From a virus (taxonomy: Duplodnaviria; Caudoviricetes): a stretch of DNA of 64,000 nt. Positions 11,020 to 19,493 of the stretch are shown here, piece after piece (within the stretch, counting starts at the first letter, position 1; every line of letters begins with the position of its first letter). Under the pieces are notes generated by a model. The model saw only the letters and a program-made list of their open reading frames with translations. It did no database searches and was not told the DNA's origin. The stretch spans positions 32,001-96,000 of IMG/VR virus record IMGVR_UViG_3300032030_000007; one strand, written 5' to 3'. A program made the translations under genes and the position numbers.

Positions 11020-12546
11020 TTATTTTAATCCTAACCAAATTAAAATATTATTAAAGAATCCACTAGTTTCTTCTTTTTCTATTTTTTCAACTTTATCATT
11101 GCATTGACATGTACTTTGTTTACAATTACATTTCTGTTGTTGATTATTTTGATTTTGTTGATTAATTCTATTTTGTCTATTTCTATTTACATTATTTCTC
11201 CACCTTCTATACATATCTAATACACCACGATGAGCTTTTCTCATTTCCCATTCTTTAATCCATATATTACAATTACGAAGGTCATGACACATCTTGGCTC
11301 TAATACATGATGGCTTAATTGGACAATCATTACATATATCGTAATCTTCTACATAATCTTGGAATTTTCTAATTTCTGTCATGTCTTTCATTTCAGGATT
11401 ATCTACATGACCCCAGAAATGATCTTCAGAATAGTGTTCACAAACTCCAATATCACCTTGTGTACCAATTACAACAGCTTGTCCATGATCAATCATACAA
11501 TGCGTTGCACGTACATATGTTCCACGATCACGACCATGTAAATATCCATAATGATCTAATACTTCATCAATTTCTCTTAATTTAGTATATAATAATTCAT
11601 TTTCTTCTGCAGTTCTAGGATTATCGTCATCTTCAAATATTGGCCAACAATATGGGGCAATATTTTTATGATTACCAAATCGTGTATAAAGCTCTTTAAT
11701 CAATTTTTTAAGATTTTCAGCATTTTCAACACAAGTATTCATACGAATAGATATGTTCATACCCCAATCAGCCATCATTTGAATATTGTCCATAACAATC
11801 TTATATGGGCTTTTACCTTTTACATTTTTATAATTCTTAATCTTATTGTATTCTTCTTCAGTGCCATCAAGAGTGATTTGACCAGATCTCAAATGCCATA
11901 AATCACGATATTTGTCTAATTTTTCTTTTTTAAATAAAAAACCATTTGTAGTCATACTAGATGCATAATTAAATCCGGCGTCTTTAACTATTTGGCAAAT
12001 AATATCTATACAATGTTCTCCAACTAATGGTTCACCACCAAACCAACGTAATTGAATTTCACGTCCGTTTTTCATAGCGTTTTTAACAATCCAATCACCA
12101 ACTTTTCTTGCTGTTTCTGCAGTCATTGGTTTTTGTGGACGTCCTGCTTCATAACAATATGAACATCTTGCGTTACAAGCCATTGTTGAAAATATTGTAA
12201 ATTCATAAATACGACCTGATTTAAGATATGATTCATTCTCACAACTTGGACGACCATTTAACTTTAATTTTTCTTGAGCTGCGTGTTCATCATAATTTTC
12301 ATTTACTAAGAAATAATTATTCCAAAGCCATTGAACATAGTCAACATTAAGATCATCATATATCTTATTCCATTGTTCATTAGGAATCCATATAAATGAA
12401 CGTGTTAATTCATTATGAATAGCTTTACCGTTATCAACATCTTCAATAACAAGGTATTTCATTAAACGTACTGATTGATTTTCATCTCTTGTGTTTTGCC
12501 CAAGAAATTGTAAATACTTTTGATTTGATTTTCTAATTATATTCAT
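11020..12546 (-). CDS. Radical SAM/SPASM-domain maturase
   Basis: CNARCSYC (CxxxCxxC), WFGGEP, TTNG, C-terminal HC..GDIGVC..CNDCPIKPSC...C SPASM pattern, ~100-aa N-terminal extension. Confidence 0.92.
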   Translation of the reverse strand: MNIIRKSNQKYLQFLGQNTRDENQSVRLMKYLVIEDVDNGKAIHNELTRSFIWIPNEQWNKIYDDLNVDYVQWLWNNYFLVNENYDEHAAQEKLKLNGRPSCENESYLKSGRIYEFTIFSTMACNARCSYCYEAGRPQKPMTAETARKVGDWIVKNAMKNGREIQLRWFGGEPLVGEHCIDIICQIVKDAGFNYASSMTTNGFLFKKEKLDKYRDLWHLRSGQITLDGTEEEYNKIKNYKNVKGKSPYKIVMDNIQMMADWGMNISIRMNTCVENAENLKKLIKELYTRFGNHKNIAPYCWPIFEDDDNPRTAEENELLYTKLREIDEVLDHYGYLHGRDRGTYVRATHCMIDHGQAVVIGTQGDIGVCEHYSEDHFWGHVDNPEMKDMTEIRKFQDYVEDYDICNDCPIKPSCIRAKMCHDLRNCNIWIKEWEMRKAHRGVLDMYRRWRNNVNRNRQNRINQQNQNNQQQKCNCKQSTCQCNDKVEKIEKEETSGFFNNILIWLGLK

Positions 12547-12748
12547 ATGTATTTATATATTTAAGATATTTATATCTATTAATTAATTATAAAAAAAATA
12601 CTATACTTGGATTTAGTATTTTATGATAAATTATTTACTTATAAATAAAAATAGATAAATAATGAACCTAAATTCAATATATATTTAATAATATATCTTT
12701 CTTAATAATTAGTTTATTTAATAATACTAAAAAATGTTGAACTTTTGT

Positions 12749-13657
12749 TCAACCCTTATTAATATCAATAACTACAGGTAATCCTTTTCGTTTATATTTT
12801 GTTCGTCTTATACGGCCAATAACATCATCAACAGTATGATAAGTTACTTTATCATTATTTACATCATATTTCTTATGTAGTTCATCCATTGCAATCCGAT
12901 ATGCTTCTGGATGTTTTCCTCGATATTCAAGATATGTCTGAATGATATCATCAACTTTCTTATAAGCATCTACATTTTTATCTTTAGCAAATGCTGGAGC
13001 AATCTGCCCCATGTCACCAAGATCATTAACACCATTACCATCTGTTGGACGAATACCTAATGCATAATCAAGAGCTTGTACTTTATTAGTGTTTAATACT
13101 CCAGATTCATTTTGATAATAATCTCTAATATATTGAGCTAACTCATAAACTTCATGTTTCCAAAGACCTCCAATTGGATTTAAATCTGCAACATCTCCAT
13201 GAATTGTAAAGAATCCAAGATAATGCTCAGTAAGATTATCAGTATCCATTACTAATCCCTTGAAATAATTTGCAAGATCATAAAGATATATCATACGAAG
13301 TCTAGCCTTAATATTTCCCTGTCCAATAGTTGTTGGAAGATGACGTTGAGAACATACACCTTTCATAAGAATAAACTCATGCTGTAAATTCTCAGTCCAA
13401 TATTGTCCTTCTTTACAGAATGCTTTCATACAAGCATTAGCTGAATTATTTTCATCAATACTATTTGATGTACATGGAAGACTTACACCAAAAAATTTCA
13501 AATCAGGGTTTCTTCTTTCAACTTCTGAACAAATAGCAGCAGTTACAGTAGAATCAATTCCACCAGAAATACCAAGAATCATTGCCCAAAGATTATTATC
13601 TTCAAGATACTTCTGAGTTTCTTGCACCATTGTTTCAAAAACTTTTGCGTAATTCAT
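12749..13657 (-). CDS. nadE: NH3-dependent NAD+ synthetase
   Basis: GISGGIDS, GNIKARLRM, TDNLTEHYLGFFTIHGD, LNPIGGLWK; no glutaminase domain. Confidence 0.95.
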   Translation of the reverse strand: MNYAKVFETMVQETQKYLEDNNLWAMILGISGGIDSTVTAAICSEVERRNPDLKFFGVSLPCTSNSIDENNSANACMKAFCKEGQYWTENLQHEFILMKGVCSQRHLPTTIGQGNIKARLRMIYLYDLANYFKGLVMDTDNLTEHYLGFFTIHGDVADLNPIGGLWKHEVYELAQYIRDYYQNESGVLNTNKVQALDYALGIRPTDGNGVNDLGDMGQIAPAFAKDKNVDAYKKVDDIIQTYLEYRGKHPEAYRIAMDELHKKYDVNNDKVTYHTVDDVIGRIRRTKYKRKGLPVVIDINKG

Positions 13658-13678
13658 ACTTTATTCTTTTTATTAATT

Positions 13679-13810
13679 TTATTTTAATTTTTCTGTATAT
13701 CTAAACGGATAATGACAATGATTGCACTTAAATACTTCACCCTCTTCATCAATAGCTTCATCAAGAGTAAATGAAGTTTCTTTACCACATTTTGGACATT
13801 TTATTTTCAT
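13679..13810 (-). CDS. 43-aa zinc-ribbon protein (below ORF-track cutoff)
   Basis: MKIKCPKCGKETSFTLDEAIDEEGEVFKCNHCHYPFRYTEKLK; two CxxC; ATGA overlap with upstream gene. Confidence 0.7.
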   Translation of the reverse strand: MKIKCPKCGKETSFTLDEAIDEEGEVFKCNHCHYPFRYTEKLK

Positions 13811-14334
13811 ACGTTATAATATTTAATAATGTTTTCAATTACATACCACCAACATACACCTTCAGTACAAGACCAAAGAAGTGTTCCAAGAAAATGGGCA
13901 ATTTTATTATCAGTAAACCCGTTATAATAATTTACATACATATTTCTGACTCTTATTGCATTAATCAAAATTAAAATGCAAATAATAAAAAATATAATAT
14001 TCATAATTTAATAAGTTGCTTTAAAATCAATACCATTATTTGGAAGATACTTACAATACCAATAATTATATCCGTTGTCTTCAATATGTTTGTATACTTT
14101 AACTTTAGGATTATAGTCTAATTGTATGATAGATCCAATTTTTGGTTTATTTGGTGTCTTTTTAATAATCTGTTCATTAATGCATTCTTTTTCATAAACA
14201 AATATATCTTTATCATCAATTAAATATTCTGTAATATTATGACCAGATCTAATCAATTTAAGCATTCGTTGTGCTAAATCATTTTTATCTGTACCTAGCC
14301 AACTTAAAATCGTAGATTTTGTTATCATATTCAA
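13807..14334 (-). CDS. Two hypothetical proteins (13807-14004 membrane-like; 14008-14334)
   Basis: Packed between pncB and nadE. Confidence 0.6.
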
Positions 14335-15584
14335 TTAATATATTTTAATCCATCTTCACCAGGTTCTCCTTTTGGATCTCCATGGTTTAATGAGATAGGA
14401 ATATTCAGTTCATAACATGCATGATTGAACTCCTGATTATCTCCCATATGTTTTCCAAAATCATCAGAAATCTTAATTGTAAGATACCAAGACTGATTAG
14501 AATTCATACGGCAACGAGACATCTTCATAACGATATTCTCTGCATCATATTTTGTTCCATCAGGAGCATATACATCACATGTAAGATTTGTTCCAATTCC
14601 AAATGAACACTTGATTCCTCTTTCCTTACAATATTGTAAGATCTTAACAGCTTTTGGAAAATCAAGTGCATTAGAGAATACGATTGTTTTTGTATGATAA
14701 TCAATTCCTTTATTTATATAGAAATTAATTGTCTTATCAGTAAATTCATATTCATCTCCTGAATCCTGACGAACACCATCAAAAAGTTTAGCCTGTTTTA
14801 ATGAGAAGTTCTTGAAGAACACATCTGTTGTGTATGTATCTGAAAGAGCAATACCAAGATCTCCATCATATACATCTACCCAGTTTTCAAGAGCTATATA
14901 ATTTGCAGACTTATATCCATACTGAGCACCATGGAACATAAACCACTCGTGAGGGTGAGTACCAATTGGCTTCATATCATACTTCATTGCAAAATGTACG
15001 TTTGAAGTACCTACACAAGTCTTAGAATTTTGTTTCAAGTATTCACAAACCTTATCTTGAACTTCATAATTGAAACGGCGGCGTGTTCCAAATTCTGAAA
15101 ATAGCATTCCCATAGAATTCGCAAGATTAACCTTTGCTTCAAGCTTAGACATTGTAAGCTCCCAGTTAATAGGTTTATCTTCATTATTTACCTCAGGAAT
15201 AGCATACATACAAGGAATTTCATACAAAGAAGCCTTATAGCATTTATCTGTTACATCCATACAAAGTACACCTTCATCATCAAGATATACTCTAATCTTA
15301 TTAAATTCAAATCGGAATGAATACAACCACTCCCAATAATACTGTGCAATAAAATCTACCCTGTGTGAAGTAAGTAACCAATTAAGCTCAGGAATTGTAA
15401 GTTTAGTATTATTACAAATATCCCTAAGCATCATTTTAAACTTCTTCAGAAATTTTGGAGTACGTTTAATTTTATTCCTATCCTTAAATGTAAATGTACA
15501 TTCAGCATCAGGAAATTTCTTCATATAAGCATACGATGTAGTAAACTTATATAGATCTGTATCAAGTATTGAAAATTTCATCAT
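14331..15584 (-). CDS. pncB: Nicotinate phosphoribosyltransferase
   Basis: LDTDLYKFT, EFGTRRR, GTSNV, PIGTHPHEW, ALSDTYT, GVRQDSGD, FGIGTNLT, KISDDFGK. Confidence 0.96.
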   Translation of the reverse strand: MMKFSILDTDLYKFTTSYAYMKKFPDAECTFTFKDRNKIKRTPKFLKKFKMMLRDICNNTKLTIPELNWLLTSHRVDFIAQYYWEWLYSFRFEFNKIRVYLDDEGVLCMDVTDKCYKASLYEIPCMYAIPEVNNEDKPINWELTMSKLEAKVNLANSMGMLFSEFGTRRRFNYEVQDKVCEYLKQNSKTCVGTSNVHFAMKYDMKPIGTHPHEWFMFHGAQYGYKSANYIALENWVDVYDGDLGIALSDTYTTDVFFKNFSLKQAKLFDGVRQDSGDEYEFTDKTINFYINKGIDYHTKTIVFSNALDFPKAVKILQYCKERGIKCSFGIGTNLTCDVYAPDGTKYDAENIVMKMSRCRMNSNQSWYLTIKISDDFGKHMGDNQEFNHACYELNIPISLNHGDPKGEPGEDGLKYIN

Positions 15585-15652
15585 ATTATTTAATATATAC
15601 TTTATGAATATTTAAAGCTTATTTTTATAGTTAATATATACTTTATGAATAT

Positions 15653-16366
15653 TTAAATTGCTTTAATATTGTCATGAGAATTAATGAAATCATTAAGAGC
15701 AGTACCTCCATCAATTGAAACAGTTCCATTCATAAGAACACTTATATTGAACTTCTTCCAGTGATTCATAAGGTTCTTCATAGTTTCCATTACACAATAA
15801 TCACCAGCAATACCGCATACTACAATATTGTTATTGATAATTCTGCAACCTGAAGAAGATTCACAATTTGCAAAATAACAGTTCTTTACATGAGGTGGAT
15901 CATTAGGATGCAAGTGATGGAATGTTGCAAGATGCTCAAACGCGCCATACTCTTCACGGTCAACTACTGTACCCTTATCAACAACAGTAAATGGTATTCG
16001 CATTTCAATAAGACCATCATAAAGTTCTTTAGCAATCTTTTCGCCATCAGATCCCTGAACACAATGCGCAGGCCATTGACCACCATTTTCCTTAAATGAC
16101 ATATGTTTCTTTGGATGATGATCACGAGTCAAAATAACCTGGTTAATCTTATTGCGATTTGCTTTGATGTAATCCAAAATTGGCTTATTGATATTTTCTC
16201 CACCAGGTACATAAAGAGCTCCATTTGGATCACCAAAATCAAATTGGTCATCTACAATAATAACACTAATTTGATTATCCAATTTAGAACCAGTGTTCTT
16301 TACTTTAAACTTCTTTGCATTGTTCTTACGAACATCATTCTTAATGTTTTTCTTGTCTGTATACAT
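15653..16366 (-). CDS. pncA: Nicotinamidase (isochorismatase family)
   Basis: IIVDDQFDF, GALYVPG, TRDHHP, WPAHCV, KG, GIAGDYCV catalytic motifs; adjacent to pncB. Confidence 0.93.
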   Translation of the reverse strand: MYTDKKNIKNDVRKNNAKKFKVKNTGSKLDNQISVIIVDDQFDFGDPNGALYVPGGENINKPILDYIKANRNKINQVILTRDHHPKKHMSFKENGGQWPAHCVQGSDGEKIAKELYDGLIEMRIPFTVVDKGTVVDREEYGAFEHLATFHHLHPNDPPHVKNCYFANCESSSGCRIINNNIVVCGIAGDYCVMETMKNLMNHWKKFNISVLMNGTVSIDGGTALNDFINSHDNIKAI

Positions 16367-16420
16367 ATATCAATTATTTAATAAAGTTTATCAAAATAAA
16401 TATAGTCATTTTATTTAAGA

Positions 16421-17059
16421 TTATTTATTAACCTCTTCATTATTTAATGGAATCCACATTATTTCTGCATAATTAAATTCTTCAGATTTTGGTGGATAAA
16501 TCTTAATATAATAATCTCTATCAATTACTTCTATTTTCTTAATATTCTTTCTACATTTTGGACATACTGCTTCATAACATATTTTATGTTCATCAATAGA
16601 TAATGCAACATCAGAACGTGTTAATTTTCCTTTATAACCACAATCTTTATAAAATTTAAACTTTTCAGCTATTTCATGTTGATGACGTTTAAATAATCCT
16701 GGTGATAAAGAACTTAATCCAGCTTCATTCTTTATATATTTTTTAACTTTAACTTCATCAATATGATATAATACTGAAGAACCACAATGATTGCATTCAA
16801 GTGTTATATTTTTATCTTTTTCTATAATTGTTCCCATAATTCAATCTTCATTAAAAGACATATAATCAACTTCAGATAAATTCAATGACTTACCTGTTTC
16901 TTTTTTAATATCAAGAAAATGATTAAGCAAAGAAATATAATTCTCCATAGAATCTATAGAATATTCATCATAAAAATATTTCTTCTCAGGCCATCCTAAT
17001 TGATACCTAAGATTTTCAATTTCCTTAAGAAGAATCAATTTCTTTTTAATATTTGCCAT
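16421..17059 (-). CDS. Two hypothetical proteins (16421-16837 with CxxC motifs; 16841-17059)
   Basis: Co-oriented ORFs after promoter motif. Confidence 0.6.
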
Positions 17060-17168
17060 ATTATATTTGTTTGATTAATATAATGGAGTTTTTATGTTAA
17101 CTACCATACATAAATAATATAGAACAAATAATAAAAAATTCAATATTATTAGAATTTTATATAAAACA

Positions 17169-17193
17169 AAAAAGGTACGAATTAACGTACCTT
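17169..17193 (-). terminator. Terminator downstream of tmRNA
   Basis: AAGGTACG/CGTACCTT hairpin plus T run on minus strand. Confidence 0.8.
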
Positions 17194-17199
17194 AAATTG

Positions 17200-17582
17200 T
17201 GGACCCAGACAGATTCGAACTGTCGTCTTAATAACCGTCATACTAAAACTTGTTACATGCTTCTTAGAAGTTTCTATCTTCAAAATATCTAGTTTCGTAC
17301 TATTCCAGAAAACCAGAAAACTTGGAGGTACACTTGAATTGAATAGCCAAAAGCTCCTTCCGCTATGTTTGTGAGACTTCTGTTGCCCGACCCGTAGGTT
17401 CTCACTGCGCCGGCTATGCTTATTTATAACCTAACTAATTAAAATAGTATCCCTGAGGGATTAAGCAGCCATCCTGTAGAAAGTATCTTCTTCAGCATTT
17501 ATTGTTTTTGATTCTTTAACGACATAATCAAGTCGACATGATTTTAATACTCAAATTACTAATCAAATACCAAAATGAGCCC
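17200..17582 (-). ncRNA. ssrA: tmRNA; tag peptide (A)AEEDTFYRMAA
   Basis: 5' GGGCTCA pairs with 3' TGGGTCC-A including G3.U70; T-arm GACAG-TTCGAAT-CTGTC; ATAAAT-GCT resume context and a tag ending AA-TAA at 17461-17496; CCA not encoded. Confidence 0.95.
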
Positions 17583-18449
17583 TTATTTAAATAAAATTTT
17601 TCTTCCTTTTTTCCACCCTAAATTAATATAGTAATCTAAATTTTCTTTTTTAATTTTTTTATTAATTTTTTCTTCTAAATTATAAATCCAACATGTATTA
17701 AGTTGATTATTTGTTTTTCTATTTTTTGCAGCTATACTTAATTTTTGTTTATGTTCTTCAGAATGTTTGCGTCCTTTATGATAAGGTATAAATTCTCCAT
17801 TAATAATTAAAGGATCATCTTTATATAACATTTTAACGTTATTATAATTATCTTTATGCTTACATAATATTTTTCCTTTATTAAAAAATAATAATTCACC
17901 AGATATATATCTAGGATCATCTTTATTTACATAGAATTTATTTCCATTTTTATCAATAACACAAACTTTATTTTCAAATTGTTTTTTTAATTCACCAGTC
18001 TCAAATCTTTTATCATTATTTTTTACTAAATAATGATTATTATTTTTATCAACCGCTGGTGTTAATCCATAAGATAATGTTCGATATTCACCAGATATAT
18101 ATCTAGGATCATCTTTAGCCATTAAAATTTGTTCACCAGTAATTGTATTTCTAACAGGAAATAAACCAACTGTTTTTATACCACCTCCACCTAGTACTTC
18201 ATTATAACAATTATTATCCTTTATTAAAACTTCATTTACAATATCTTCTTCATAGTTTAAAGCTTCTTCTCTTGAATTAAAATATTTTAAAATTTCTTTA
18301 GAAAAATTTGAAATTCCATATTTTTTATAAGCTCTATGTAAACGATGACCAGAACCCATATATCCATCATTTAAATTATTAGTAGAATGAATTCCATAAT
18401 AAAAATGATTATTAATTAAATTTATAATTTTATAAAAATAATGATACAT
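17583..18449 (-). mobile_element. Free-standing GIY-YIG (Seg-like) homing endonuclease
   Basis: YFYKIINLINNHFYYG..H..GYMGSG...KYG..NF; KDDPRYISGE repeats; NUMOD3-like KGRKHSEEHKQKLS. Confidence 0.85.
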
Positions 18450-18515
18450 ATATAAATTATTAATTTAATTAATAATAATATTTATTCAAATAAAAATAAA
18501 TTTATTTAAGTAAAA

Positions 18516-18547
18516 TCAAATTACCAATCAAATACCAAAATAACCCC
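18516..18547 (-). pseudogene. Remnant second copy of the tmRNA 5' end
   Basis: 29/32 identical to 17551-17582. Confidence 0.8.
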
Positions 18548-18612
18548 AATATATAAAGATCAATTTTAATAATTAAATATAGTTAATAATATTAATTTAA
18601 TTCAATATTGTT

Positions 18613-19287
18613 TTATATATTTTCAAATAAGTTATAATATTTCTTATTTTCTGTATTTTCAATTTCTAATATTAAGCTATCTAATGCTAATGGATTGATT
18701 AATGTATATATGTTAGTATCATAAAGTTGATTTAATCTACCAAACACTATATCGCAGCAAACAAAAGTTTCCTGTTGAAACTTTATATAATGTTCCATTG
18801 TTTCTCTATTACATATTCCATATAATTGAGCACCTGCGTATTGGCCATTTTTATTTGTATAATATCCTTTATTATTTTTGTTATATGTAAAATGATCTGA
18901 TGAATAAAATCCATATTTAACAATATCTGCATTGTTTGGATAATTGTTCAAATATGTTTTAATATAGTTTATGTCATTAATAAAAGCACAATCATCCTCC
19001 ATTATTAATACAGAATTTGCTCCAGATTCATATGCATGTATAACTGCTGTATAATGATCATATGATGCTCCAAGAAAATGTGTATAATGATTAAAATTTG
19101 ATTTATCTAAACTTGCACCAGGTAAATTAAATTCATCTAACTTAAGTATATTTAAATTACTATAATCTGCCCCATATATGAATTCAAAATTAATGCCTAA
19201 TAAATTCATTATTTTTCTGATACGATTTTGTTTTTCTATATTACGACAATAACTGATACAATATACTTTATCAAATTTAATATTCAT
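18613..19287 (-). CDS. Glycosyltransferase family 25-like protein
   Basis: VYCISY..R, FIYGAD, GASYDH, LIMEDD motifs. Confidence 0.75.
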   Translation of the reverse strand: MNIKFDKVYCISYCRNIEKQNRIRKIMNLLGINFEFIYGADYSNLNILKLDEFNLPGASLDKSNFNHYTHFLGASYDHYTAVIHAYESGANSVLIMEDDCAFINDINYIKTYLNNYPNNADIVKYGFYSSDHFTYNKNNKGYYTNKNGQYAGAQLYGICNRETMEHYIKFQQETFVCCDIVFGRLNQLYDTNIYTLINPLALDSLILEIENTENKKYYNLFENI

Positions 19288-19493
19288 TAACTTATGTATT
19301 CATATATATTTTAATAATAATTATTTACTTTTTAATGTCCTATCAATATTATTAATCATTCCTGCAAAGAATCCAAAAATTAAAGACAGACCAATATATT
19401 CTCTTGTAGACATATTGGGATTGTATATCCATAAGAAGAATATGAATATGATTGTATATATTAAAATATCTAATAAGTTATTTAAAAATTTAT

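Noticed and set aside
17583-18547. Group I intron interrupting tmRNA
   Set aside because: The downstream tmRNA is already complete, and the flanks have no room for an intron core
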